Of a DNA stretch of 64,000 nt, positions 16,086 through 24,799 are shown in pieces. The stretch comes from Candidatus Micrarchaeota archaeon RBG_16_49_10 (GTDB lineage Archaea; Aenigmatarchaeota; Aenigmatarchaeia; CG10238-14). Within the stretch, counting starts at the first letter, position 1. Every line of letters starts with the position of its first letter. The position numbers were made by a program, and so were the translations under genes. The notes under the pieces are model-generated. The model had not been told where the DNA came from and ran no database searches. It saw only the letters and a list, made by a program, of their open reading frames with translations. Location of the stretch: the NCBI GenBank assembly GCA_001784635.1, contig MFRS01000003.1, positions 138,763 to 202,762 of the forward strand, written 5' to 3'.

Positions 16086-16346
16086 TTGGATTTACCCAAG
16101 AAGACGAAAGAGATGGCATGGTCTAAACTAGGAGAGACCTATATTTTGGTAGACCCTGCCACTAACAAGACCTTCAACATCGATACGACATCCTTCCTCA
16201 TATGGGTTCAATGCGACGGCAAGACCTCAGTGGAGGACATGACCGACATATTCTCAGTCAACGGGAACAGGGACATCGTAAAAGCCGCGATAGTGGGCAT
16301 AATAGACAAGCTCAAGGACTATGGGCTGGTTTCGCTTTCATCTTAG
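16086..16346 (+). CDS. PqqD-family protein (RiPP-recognition-element-like fold)
   Basis: 86 aa, TTG start. LGETYILVDPATNKTFNIDTTSFLIWVQCDGKTSVEDMTDIF...IIDKLKDYGLV fits the PqqD consensus. Confidence 0.65.
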   Translation: MDLPKKTKEMAWSKLGETYILVDPATNKTFNIDTTSFLIWVQCDGKTSVEDMTDIFSVNGNRDIVKAAIVGIIDKLKDYGLVSLSS

Positions 16347-16736
16347 CTTCTCAAGGGTCCTTACGCCGAATACCTCATAGTAAGTTATCTCTTCGCCTGG
16401 GTTGACAGAGCCCTTCATGTCTTCCGGGATTTCTATCTCGAAGTTCGAGTAGTCGGTCAGGTCCATCACCTGAACCTTTTCCCCAACTATGGCTAACACC
16501 TGGCCCTGCTTCCTGAGCACCACAGGCGTGTCGATTTTGGCGTCGGCGGGCTTTATTACGTTCCTCCTCCTGTTGTCGAAGAGCCCCATGCCTTCCAGCC
16601 TGCACTTGGCAGCCCCGTGCTTCCCGCTCTTAGAGATGTTCACCGAGACTACCTTGCAGGGGACATCATCTATCAAAACAAAATTTCCCTTTTTAAGGTT
16701 TTTAAGCACAGCCGTGCCTTTCTCTACGTTCTCCAT
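16338..16736 (-). CDS. eif5a: Translation initiation factor 5A (aIF5A)
   Basis: 132 aa. The hypusination loop SKSGKHGAAK and the rest of the sequence are typical. Confidence 0.95.
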   Translation of the reverse strand: MENVEKGTAVLKNLKKGNFVLIDDVPCKVVSVNISKSGKHGAAKCRLEGMGLFDNRRRNVIKPADAKIDTPVVLRKQGQVLAIVGEKVQVMDLTDYSNFEIEIPEDMKGSVNPGEEITYYEVFGVRTLEKLR

Positions 16737-16747
16737 GGGTTCACCGA

Positions 16748-16951
16748 TTACTTGACCGCCAGCTTTATGTCGGAAGCCTTCACAGTGACCCTGCCCGCGT
16801 GCTTTGAAGCGGCCACCGCGTCCATAGCGATGACGTCTGCGACATCCAATACCGCATCCTTGAGCGCTTCCACAGCGGAGATGGCCACTCTTTCTGCCCC
16901 AGCTTCCCTAGCTATCTTCTCTAAAGGGGCGAGTGGAAAAGATCTAACCAT
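16748..16951 (-). CDS. Archaeal histone (HMf family)
   Basis: 67 aa. LPLAPLEKIAREAGAERVAISAVEALKDAVLDVADVIAMDAVAASKHAGRVTVKASDIKLAVK. Confidence 0.95.
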   Translation of the reverse strand: MVRSFPLAPLEKIAREAGAERVAISAVEALKDAVLDVADVIAMDAVAASKHAGRVTVKASDIKLAVK

Positions 16952-17141
16952 CTTTACACCTCCAAATTTATTAATAATTTAGCGGGAGAATATTTAAAAA
17001 TTCCGTGAAAGAAGGCGTAAAAAAGGCAATAATCAAAAATAAAAATGTAAAAAATCAATACGTGGTTGCAAACGTCATATAGCAGGTTTTCAGACGAAAA
17101 AACGGGTTTTCTATCACAGTTAAGTTTAAATGCTTGAAGCG

Positions 17142-17154
17142 ATATATTTAAATA
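17142..17154 (+). promoter_or_regulatory. TATA-box-like element upstream of tfb
   Basis: atatatttaaata lies about 22-31 nt upstream of the GTG/ATG candidates (17176/17185). Confidence 0.4.
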
Positions 17155-17175
17155 CTTTACTATCCTTACTTATGA

Positions 17176-18120
17176 GTGATTATTATGACGATGTTCGAGA
17201 AGCAAATGAAGAAGTGCCCGGAATGCGGCAGCACCATGTTTATAGAGGATAAAAACAGAGGAGAGATGGTTTGCGTAAAGTGTGGTCTGGTATTGGAGGA
17301 CGAGTTCATCGACAGGGGCCAGGAATGGAGGTCCTTCGACTCGGAGCAGTCTTCAAGCAGGGCCAGGTCAGGCGCGCCATTGACCTACACCAAGCACGAC
17401 AAGGGCCTGACGACTGAGATTGGGAAAGGCTTGGGAGAGCTTTACAAGGTCCCGGGGAAGAAGAGAGCACAGTACTACAGGCTCAAGAAGTGGCATAAGA
17501 GGCTCATAGAGTCCAAGGACAGGAACCTTTCGTTCGCGCTTTCCGAGCTACAGAGGATTATATCATTCTTGAACCTTCCGAAGCCGGTCCATGAGAAGGT
17601 TGGCAGATACTATGAAGAGGCTGTCGACAAGGGATTGGTGAGGGGAAGATCGATAGAATCCGTAATAGCAGCTTTAGTTTATGGAGTATCAAGGCAGTTC
17701 GGCACGCCCAGGACGTTGGACGAGATTGCTGAGGCTTCCGGCCTCGAGAAGAGGGACATAGGGAGGACCTACAGGTACATCGCCAGGGAATTGGACATCA
17801 GGATTCTGCCTGCTGACCCGAAAGGCTTCGTGCCGAGGTTCTGCTCGATGCTGAACTTGAGCGACAAGGTCCAGGCAAAGGCCATAGACATCCTTGAGAA
17901 GGCCAACTCTTTGGACATAACGAGCGGCAAGGGCCCGACAGGCGTCGCAGCTGCAGCGATATACATTTCCTGCGTGCTTGTGGGTGAAAAGAGGACACAG
18001 AGGGAAGTCGCCTCGATCGTCTCAGTGACCGAAGTCACGATAAGGAACAGGTACAAGGAGATTGTCGAGAAGCTCGGCCTGGAGAAGGAAGTCGAGGAGA
18101 AGACCAAGGAAGAGAAGTAA
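17176..18120 (+). CDS. tfb: Transcription initiation factor IIB (TFB)
   Basis: 314 aa. An N-terminal zinc ribbon (CPECGS...CVKCG) and two cyclin-fold repeats. The start may be the ATG at 17185. Confidence 0.95.
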   Translation: MIIMTMFEKQMKKCPECGSTMFIEDKNRGEMVCVKCGLVLEDEFIDRGQEWRSFDSEQSSSRARSGAPLTYTKHDKGLTTEIGKGLGELYKVPGKKRAQYYRLKKWHKRLIESKDRNLSFALSELQRIISFLNLPKPVHEKVGRYYEEAVDKGLVRGRSIESVIAALVYGVSRQFGTPRTLDEIAEASGLEKRDIGRTYRYIARELDIRILPADPKGFVPRFCSMLNLSDKVQAKAIDILEKANSLDITSGKGPTGVAAAAIYISCVLVGEKRTQREVASIVSVTEVTIRNRYKEIVEKLGLEKEVEEKTKEEK

Positions 18121-18156
18121 GATTCCTTTTAATTTTTTGTTTCTATAATTTAGTCT

Positions 18157-18588
18157 ATGGAACAGGCTAAAGTTCAGGTTGCAACTAAGGCAATCATTCT
18201 TAAAAAAGGAAAGTTTTTGGCCATAAAACAGTCATTTGGAGGTAAGAAGTACCTCGACCTTCCAGGCGGCAGGATCGAATACGGCCTAACTCCTGAAGAA
18301 AACGTCGTGAAGGAAGTAAAAGAGGAAATGTCCTTGAATGTCAAAGTCCAGAAAATTTTAGGCATATACCACTTTTTTAGGGGTACTGATAGAGTCCAAG
18401 TAGTTTGCATAACATATTTGTGCAAACCGCTCTCGGATGTTATTGACTTGACGAAAAACCCCGATTCTCAGGAGAAATTGACGGATGCTGTATGGGTCAC
18501 TCCGAAAGAATTCCTAGCATTAGAGAGCGATTATTATGATGGTCTTGACAGACTGAGAAGTTTAGTCGCAAATTTGAAAATTAATTAG
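18157..18588 (+). CDS. NUDIX hydrolase
   Basis: 143 aa with the Nudix box GGRIEYGLTPEENVVKEVKEEMSL. Confidence 0.85.
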   Translation: MEQAKVQVATKAIILKKGKFLAIKQSFGGKKYLDLPGGRIEYGLTPEENVVKEVKEEMSLNVKVQKILGIYHFFRGTDRVQVVCITYLCKPLSDVIDLTKNPDSQEKLTDAVWVTPKEFLALESDYYDGLDRLRSLVANLKIN

Positions 18589-19112
18589 ATTAGCCATCCT
18601 TCAAACTCCTGCAGCCAATCGACAAAAACCTTCTGCCCTTTGAAGTTGCCTTTCACCACCTTCAATATTTCCCCTATTATATCCTCAACTTCCTTTCCGG
18701 TGACGTCAACCTCGTAGACATTTACATTGGCGTTGATGGCCTCGGATGTTATGACCCCCAATATCTCGCTCTGCACGTTCTCTTTGACCTTCCTAGGGTT
18801 CTCTGGGTATCTGTTCACCAGCCTCGTCTCAAGGGTGCGCGGGTTGCATCTCAGGACTATCACCAAATCGGCGGGCAACTCATGCGACAGATGGCCTTCG
18901 ATTATCTTATCCCCATCAATCCTTTTCACGCTGCCTTTCAGCTTGTCTAAATCAACCAGCCCCGCATCCATGTCCTCGTCGAAGCCCACTATTGCCCCGG
19001 CCTTTTCCGCAATCTCCTTGAAGGACAGGAGCCCATAACCGAGCCTCTCGGAGAGCAGCCTTGAGACGGTGCTCTTCCCGGTGCATGGGACGCCTGTAAT
19101 CGCAATTATCAT
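18585..19112 (-). CDS. Fap7/AK6-type putative adenylate kinase (NTPase)
   Basis: 175 aa. P-loop ITGVPCTGKST, then EGHLSHEL and VIVLRCNP..L..RL motifs typical of COG1936. Confidence 0.8.
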   Translation of the reverse strand: MIIAITGVPCTGKSTVSRLLSERLGYGLLSFKEIAEKAGAIVGFDEDMDAGLVDLDKLKGSVKRIDGDKIIEGHLSHELPADLVIVLRCNPRTLETRLVNRYPENPRKVKENVQSEILGVITSEAINANVNVYEVDVTGKEVEDIIGEILKVVKGNFKGQKVFVDWLQEFEGWLI

Positions 19113-19150
19113 AATTTATATCTGTCAATTCAAAATTATAAAGTGATTCA

Positions 19151-20101
19151 ATGGACATCTGGACCGAGAAATACAGGCCCGGCAGCCTAGAGGATGTGGT
19201 AAACCAGAGGCATGTAGTGGATAGGTTGAAAGAATTCGTCAAGAACAAGTCCATCCCCCATATGCTTTTCGCCGGCCCTCCAGGTGTCGGGAAGACCGCT
19301 TCCGCTATAGCCTTGGTCAAGGACTTGTACGGCGAGAAGTGGCACCAGAACTTCCAGGAGCTGAATGCGAGCGACGATCGTGGCATCAATGTGGTCAGGA
19401 CAAGGATAAAGGAGTTCGCCAGGATTAAGCCCATAGACGCGCCGTTCAAAATAATATTCCTCGATGAGAGCGACGCCCTGACGACTGACGCCCAGCAGGC
19501 GTTGAGGAGGACTATAGAGCAGTACTCGGGCTCATGCCGCTTCATCCTTTCATGCAACTACTCGTCAAAAATCATATCCCCCATTCAGTCGAGGTGCAGC
19601 GTCTTCAGGTTCAAGCCCTTGGAGAAGGCCGATGTCGTCGAATATCTGAAGAGGATTATAAAGGCCGAGAAGCTGAGCGTCGATTCAGCGGCGCTTGACG
19701 CGATATTCGAGCTGAGCGAGGGCGACATGAGGATGGCAGTCAACCTGTTGCAGTCGTCTGCGTCGTTCGGCGAAAAGATAACGTCCGACTCTGTCTACGA
19801 GGTGGCGAGCCAGGCCAAGCCAAAGGACGTTAAGGTCATGCTCGACTTCGCGGTGAAGGGTGACTTCAAGTCAGCAAGGAAGAAGCTGCACGAGCTGGTC
19901 CTGAAGCAGGGTCTGGCGGGCGAAGACATAATAAGCGCATGCCACAGGGAAGTCTACAACCTCGAGCTGTCCGAGGAGAAGAAGGTTGAGTTCATCAGCA
20001 AGATGGGCGAGTACGACTTCAGGATAAGCGAGGGCGGGGACCCGATAATCCAGCTGGAGGCCATGCTGGCGCAGTTCATGATATCTTCTAAGAAACAATA
20101 A
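19151..20101 (+). CDS. rfcS: Replication factor C small subunit
   Basis: 316 aa. WTEKYRP, FAGPPGVGKT, the DESD (Walker B) and SRC motifs. Confidence 0.95.
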   Translation: MDIWTEKYRPGSLEDVVNQRHVVDRLKEFVKNKSIPHMLFAGPPGVGKTASAIALVKDLYGEKWHQNFQELNASDDRGINVVRTRIKEFARIKPIDAPFKIIFLDESDALTTDAQQALRRTIEQYSGSCRFILSCNYSSKIISPIQSRCSVFRFKPLEKADVVEYLKRIIKAEKLSVDSAALDAIFELSEGDMRMAVNLLQSSASFGEKITSDSVYEVASQAKPKDVKVMLDFAVKGDFKSARKKLHELVLKQGLAGEDIISACHREVYNLELSEEKKVEFISKMGEYDFRISEGGDPIIQLEAMLAQFMISSKKQ

Positions 20102-20125
20102 ATTGTTATCTGAGAAATTATTTTT

Positions 20126-20335
20126 ATGACATCTTTTCAACAAAGAGTTCTAAATGGTGAACTAACTCTTGCTGATAGAGCTTATTTGTTACGGTTTGTT
20201 AGATTAAATCATTTAACTAGGGATTATATTCCTAATTCATCCTCTGAGGAATGGGCTGCTCAAGTTTTAAATGGTACACACCCTCTTTATGGAATTAATA
20301 AAAAAATAAATGACGCTGGAAATCAAACCAATTAA
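20126..20335 (+). CDS. Orphan small protein in an AT-rich insert between rfcS and rfcL
   Basis: 69-aa ORF with no recognisable motif. Coding status is uncertain. Confidence 0.3.
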   Translation: MTSFQQRVLNGELTLADRAYLLRFVRLNHLTRDYIPNSSSEEWAAQVLNGTHPLYGINKKINDAGNQTN

Positions 20336-20359
20336 TAATTAAACCCCAGAATATTATCA

Positions 20360-21490
20360 ATGCAAGTCTGGACCTCTAAACACAAACCCAAGAAAACTTC
20401 TGAAATTGTTGGACAAAAGAAAGGCTTAGACTCATTCCTTATTTGGCACAGGGGATGGAAGCCGGGGAAGAAACCCGCGCTCATCCACGGCCCTCCGGGG
20501 TCCGGCAAGACATCGCTAGTGGAAGCTTTCGCCGAGGAGAAGGGTCTGGAGATAATAGAGCTCAACGCGAGCAACTACAGGACGGCTTCAGCCATAAAGG
20601 AGGTCATCGGAAACTCGCTTTCCCAGGCATCGCTCTTCAAGAAGGGCAAGATATTCCTGATAGACGAGGTGGATGGCGCCTCCGGCAGGGAGGACAAGGG
20701 TGGTATAAAGGAGATACTGGGCTTGATTGCATCGTCCAAGCACCCGATGGTCTTCACGTGCAACGACATATGGAACCCGAAGCTCTCCGGCCTGAGGAAC
20801 GCCTGCGAGATGATACAGTTCGGCAAGGTGGACTACTGGTCCGCCATCAGGAGGCTAGACGAAATCTCGAAAAAGGAGAACATGACAGCCAGCAAGGACA
20901 TACTCAGCAACATAGCCAAGAGGGCTGGCGGTGACTTGAGGTCCGCGATAAACGACCTCCAGACATTCTCGCAGAAAAAGGACTTGGTGATATCGGACTT
21001 GGATTCTATAGGGGAGAGGGAGACCGATGCGAACATCTTCGACGTGATGAAGATAATCTTCAAGACCAGCTCGGGGCTTGCGGCGAAGCTTTCCATAGAG
21101 AACGTAGAGAAGTCGCCGGATGAGATTCTTTGGTGGATTGAGGAGAACATTGTCAACGAGTATGAGAGGCCTGAAGAGCTGGCGAAGGCCTACGAGGCGC
21201 TAGCCAAGGCCGATTTGTTTTTCGCAAGGATCAGGAGCAGGCAAAACTGGAAGCTGATGAAGTATGCGATAGACTTGATGACCAGCGGCGTGGCCGTCTC
21301 AAAGAAAGAGATGTACAGGAAGTTCTCCAAGTACCAGTACCCAAGCAAGATAAAGTACCTCAGCATCACGAAGGGGAAGAGGTTTAAGGAGAACGCGGAG
21401 CTCGCAGAGCTCGGTAAAATCCTCCACTGCTCCTCAAAGAAGGTAAGGAGGGAGTATCAACCATTCCTCAAAAACATGGTCAAGGCTTAA
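20360..21490 (+). CDS. rfcL: Replication factor C large subunit (short form)
   Basis: 376 aa. WTSKHKP, HGPPGSGKTS, IFLIDEVDG, and a degenerate PIP-like C-terminus QPFLKNMV. Confidence 0.85.
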   Translation: MQVWTSKHKPKKTSEIVGQKKGLDSFLIWHRGWKPGKKPALIHGPPGSGKTSLVEAFAEEKGLEIIELNASNYRTASAIKEVIGNSLSQASLFKKGKIFLIDEVDGASGREDKGGIKEILGLIASSKHPMVFTCNDIWNPKLSGLRNACEMIQFGKVDYWSAIRRLDEISKKENMTASKDILSNIAKRAGGDLRSAINDLQTFSQKKDLVISDLDSIGERETDANIFDVMKIIFKTSSGLAAKLSIENVEKSPDEILWWIEENIVNEYERPEELAKAYEALAKADLFFARIRSRQNWKLMKYAIDLMTSGVAVSKKEMYRKFSKYQYPSKIKYLSITKGKRFKENAELAELGKILHCSSKKVRREYQPFLKNMVKA

Positions 21491-21866
21491 CAACAGTGAA
21501 ACTCGAATCCAAGGAGTATTTCTCAGAGACGAGGGCCATCACGAAATCGACGTCGCTCGGACGCACCGTGTAGTTCATGGAGAATATGTAGTGTTTCTCC
21601 TGTGCCACCTCATCCGCTATGTCGCTGAAGCTCTCCAGGTTGGGGGCCAGCGTTGTGTCGTTGCTCAGCTTGACCACCCTCTCGGCCTGGTTCCTCAGGT
21701 TGTTGAAGAAGAATATCTCGTCATCGATCACAGCCTGCGAGCTGTCGATGAAGGAGTAGGGGTTTATGTACTTGCTCATCAGGAAGAAGAAGCCGACTAT
21801 GACTACCGCCGTCAACAGATAGAACTGCCCCTTACCTAACGAGCTGCGCATGCGGAACTTCCCCAA
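21480..21866 (-). CDS. Small N-terminally anchored protein, possible class III (type IV pilin-like) signal peptide
   Basis: 128 aa. The basic N-terminus followed by GKGQFYLLTAVVIVGFFFLM resembles a prepilin-type signal but is not a perfect FlaFind-type match. Confidence 0.4.
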   Translation of the reverse strand: MGKFRMRSSLGKGQFYLLTAVVIVGFFFLMSKYINPYSFIDSSQAVIDDEIFFFNNLRNQAERVVKLSNDTTLAPNLESFSDIADEVAQEKHYIFSMNYTVRPSDVDFVMALVSEKYSLDSSFTVVKP

Positions 21867-22119
21867 TCATGATAATGTTTTCTTTCGTAATAAGTTTTCT
21901 CTTCAGCGCGAAATCCACAATTTTCTTTCCCACGAGGTTGGCCATGGTACACTCCTTAAAAATGGCTTCCAGGGCCTTCTCCTCGGCCTCTTTGTGGAAG
22001 TAGAAGCTGCCGTTGACGACGAACTCTGGGTCTGCCCTTATCGTTTTACCCAGAATATCCTTATCGCAGACTCCCAGAATGACGTGACCTTGTATTTCGT
22101 GAAGCTTGTAGCAGAACAT
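21832..22119 (-). CDS. DUF424 family protein
   Basis: 95 aa. ILGVCDKDILGK...FYFHKE...ANLVGKKIV...GEVPHAQ fits the DUF424 pattern. Confidence 0.6.
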   Translation of the reverse strand: MFCYKLHEIQGHVILGVCDKDILGKTIRADPEFVVNGSFYFHKEAEEKALEAIFKECTMANLVGKKIVDFALKRKLITKENIIMIGEVPHAQLVR

Positions 22120-22126
22120 CCGGACC

Positions 22127-22495
22127 CTACTCGAACTTCCTTTCGAGGTCCCTTATCAACGAGTCGCAGTCCATCTTCACCTTCTGGAGGCTGACTATTA
22201 TCCTCTCTTTCTCTTTCTTCAGCTCCTCCACATCCTCGTATTGGGCGATGGCCTGCCTGAACAGCGGCAGATCGATTGTCGGATATGGGCTCTCGTTCAT
22301 CTTCTTGGAAACGTTGATGCAGAGCTTGGCCAGCCAGAGGTTCATCTCCTGCTTCACCTGCTTCCTTATCAGCTTGTGGTCGTCCATGTTCTCCTTCATC
22401 AGCCTGACTATCGGCGCTGACGGGAAAGGCAGATTCAAGTCCTCCTTATCATCCTCTTTCGCTTCCATCTCCTTGTTTTCCACCAAAAAAATCAC
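22127..22495 (-). CDS. Histone-fold-like protein with acidic N-tail and C-terminal coiled coil
   Basis: 122 aa. LPFPSAPIVRLMKENMDDHKLIRKQVKQEMNLWLAKLCINVSKKMNESPYPTIDLPLFRQAI aligns by eye to the histone pattern LP.API.RI.K....RVS..A...L...LE.....A...A.HAGRKT....DI.LA. It is followed by EELKKEKERIIVSLQKVKMD. Confidence 0.4.
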   Translation of the reverse strand: MIFLVENKEMEAKEDDKEDLNLPFPSAPIVRLMKENMDDHKLIRKQVKQEMNLWLAKLCINVSKKMNESPYPTIDLPLFRQAIAQYEDVEELKKEKERIIVSLQKVKMDCDSLIRDLERKFE

Positions 22496-22534
22496 CTCTC
22501 TATATATCGGGAGACAATCTTATCAAGTTAATCA

Positions 22535-22945
22535 CTAGAGCTTGCTGGCCTGCCTGGAGCCGCAACCATCGCATACGACGAAAATCATCCTACCCACCTT
22601 CTCGAAGTGGGTGTCAGGCCTCTTGCACTCCCTGCACTCGACGAAGGCCTTCACGTAGCCCTCCACCTTCTTCTCGATGAGGCTTGGCATGACCTTCCCC
22701 TGGAGGATGAGCCTGTGATTGTCTATGCTCCCGGGGGTGGCAAGCTCCTTGAAGAGGTACTTGGCGACATGGGCCTTGTCCCTTGTCAGCTTGTTGCATA
22801 TCTCCTCGAAGTTCGAGATGAATGTCTGGTTCCCCTGGATGGCGACTATGGGCTTAGGCACCTCGAACCTTTCGCTGCTCTCAGTGTTCTTCGGAAGCCT
22901 ATCCACGGCCTCCTTAAGCATGTCCTCATAGCTTTTCATTATCAC
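22535..22945 (-). CDS. eif2b: Translation initiation factor 2 subunit beta (aIF2-beta)
   Basis: 136 aa. RFEVPKP, AKYLFKELATPGS and the zinc ribbon CRECKRPDT...CDGCG. The true start is probably the ATG at 22939. Confidence 0.9.
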   Translation of the reverse strand: MIMKSYEDMLKEAVDRLPKNTESSERFEVPKPIVAIQGNQTFISNFEEICNKLTRDKAHVAKYLFKELATPGSIDNHRLILQGKVMPSLIEKKVEGYVKAFVECRECKRPDTHFEKVGRMIFVVCDGCGSRQASKL

Positions 22946-23679
22946 ACCCTCTTGACGAACCCTGGCTTCGGCTCATAACAAAGGCCCTCGGTTATAAGCT
23001 CGTTCATGGCCTCCTCGAAGACGCTCTGCTTGAGTTTGGCCTCCTCCGCAAGCTTCTTTATCTGCGTGCCCTTGCCCTTATCTAACTTATCTATCAGCTC
23101 AAGCAGAAAAGGTTTGTGGTCCTTCTCCTTAATCTGCTCACCCTTCGTTAGGCTCTCTATGACCCCTTCGACCTCAGGCAAGTCCACCTTCTGCTTTTTG
23201 GTCAGGTACTTCTTCAGCTCCTCCACGTCGCTGAACTTGTTGAGCTCAGACTTCACCATATCGTAGCTCCCTTTTTGAGCAATCCTGCCTTTCAATGCTT
23301 CCAGCCTGTGCAGGTTCTCGAAGTTGATGCTTGTCCTCTTCACAACCTCGGGGGAGACGTATATTTCGCCGTTATACTCCTTCACCTTCCCGACGAGCAT
23401 GGCTATGTCCCCTATCTCGACCTCCTCGAATATGTTCACGCTCTCCCCGAAGGCCTTGGCCCTTATGGCGCTGGTCTCGTCCTCTATGGTCATGTTGGAG
23501 TAGTTGCCGTCCTCGCTCATGAATTTGTTGGTCACCGTCCCTATGATTTTGGCTCTGGAAATCCTTTTTCCGTAGCCGGTCAGGATGTAGCTGGGCTCGA
23601 AGCCCTCCTTCTTCACGAACTCGCCGGTCTTCAAATCGGAAATCTCGCACTTGACCATGGTCTGCCTGAAGGTGTCCAT
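22942..23679 (-). CDS. RPA32/Stn1-like OB-fold protein with C-terminal winged helix
   Basis: 245 aa. OB-fold-like IIGTVTNKFMSEDGNYSNMTIEDETSAIRAKAFGE...GDIAMLVGKVKEYNGEIYV, and a C-terminal wH ending EGLCYEPKPGFVKRV. Confidence 0.55.
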   Translation of the reverse strand: MDTFRQTMVKCEISDLKTGEFVKKEGFEPSYILTGYGKRISRAKIIGTVTNKFMSEDGNYSNMTIEDETSAIRAKAFGESVNIFEEVEIGDIAMLVGKVKEYNGEIYVSPEVVKRTSINFENLHRLEALKGRIAQKGSYDMVKSELNKFSDVEELKKYLTKKQKVDLPEVEGVIESLTKGEQIKEKDHKPFLLELIDKLDKGKGTQIKKLAEEAKLKQSVFEEAMNELITEGLCYEPKPGFVKRV

Positions 23680-23738
23680 AGAAATTAAATGGTTGCATAG
23701 AGATTTATTTTGTCATTCAACCTAAAACCGTTTATTTA

Positions 23739-24740
23739 TTAATCTTTTTGACAGTCCCCCATCCCGAAAATGTCAAACCAGTTCTTCCCGCTCCCCATAA
23801 CCGTATCTCTATCAAGGAAACCGTATTTAGGGTAGTTTGTAGATATATTGCATGTGCCTGTGTTGATATCTTTTATGACAGACTCTTTTGCAGCCTCTTC
23901 TGACAACCCCTGACCCATATACCATTTACATAATATCTCGTCGCAATCATCAGGCGTCAGGGTCGTTCCTTCACAAGTACAGTTTTTCATTAAGTTGAAG
24001 CAATAGTAGCCATCCTCACAGAAAGGAACCCCGTCTATTACTCCGCCATGTTGAATCCCCCTTACTGAATATTCGCCTTCTTTCGAGTTACCATCAATAT
24101 CGAGTTCGACCCTTTCTTTACAGAAAGCTACAGCCTTTTCATTGTCACACGAACCGCTTATGTAGTCTTCACACATTTTATCGCACTTGTTCAAGCCCTG
24201 TTCTATATAGTACTGGTTACCCAACACGAACTCCCTGCATCTTTCAATCATATCTTCTATCGTCATGTTGAATTTTTCTTCCTGACGCTGTGTCAGTGAA
24301 AGCTCATCGCATAAAGTAGCATTCTGAGTTTGATGGCCGACAAGAATCAAACACCAGTTCCTTGGAGCTATATCATACCAATACAAACTTTGATACTCAT
24401 CATCAAGCGACCTACATAGATTAACATCATTGTAGTGTCTGGCATAATTGTACAAACAAAATGTTTGGAAATCATCGACAGAAACTTCGAAGATTGTCTG
24501 ATTATTTCTAGATATATCACCCATCGCCATCGGTCTATTCAAAATACCACAATATTTTAAATTTTTCACTGATTTGGAGCTTATTTTGTAGCAGATGTTT
24601 AGGTCAACCTTTTCTTTAGCCTTATTTGATAACCAAAGTGCAGAATTCTTGCAAAAGTATAAAGTCGCAAGAAAATAACCAGCAACAAGGATTATTATTA
24701 CACACAATACGACTAAACCTATTTTGAAGACCTTCTTCAT
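23739..24740 (-). CDS. N-terminally anchored Cys-rich extracellular protein (AT-rich gene)
   Basis: 333 aa. TM helix IGLVVLCVIIILVAGYFLATLYF followed by more than 25 Cys in the ectodomain. No family recognised. Confidence 0.6.
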   Translation of the reverse strand: MKKVFKIGLVVLCVIIILVAGYFLATLYFCKNSALWLSNKAKEKVDLNICYKISSKSVKNLKYCGILNRPMAMGDISRNNQTIFEVSVDDFQTFCLYNYARHYNDVNLCRSLDDEYQSLYWYDIAPRNWCLILVGHQTQNATLCDELSLTQRQEEKFNMTIEDMIERCREFVLGNQYYIEQGLNKCDKMCEDYISGSCDNEKAVAFCKERVELDIDGNSKEGEYSVRGIQHGGVIDGVPFCEDGYYCFNLMKNCTCEGTTLTPDDCDEILCKWYMGQGLSEEAAKESVIKDINTGTCNISTNYPKYGFLDRDTVMGSGKNWFDIFGMGDCQKD

Positions 24741-24799
24741 GAAATAATAATGGGTTTTTCTATAAAAATAATCTTTCGAATACGCTAAAATTCAAAAAC

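Noticed and set aside
23739-24740. Cys-rich surface protein as a possible diversity-generating-retroelement target
   Set aside because: There is no reverse transcriptase and no template/variable repeat pair visible anywhere in the window. The C-terminus lacks the C-type-lectin VR signature.
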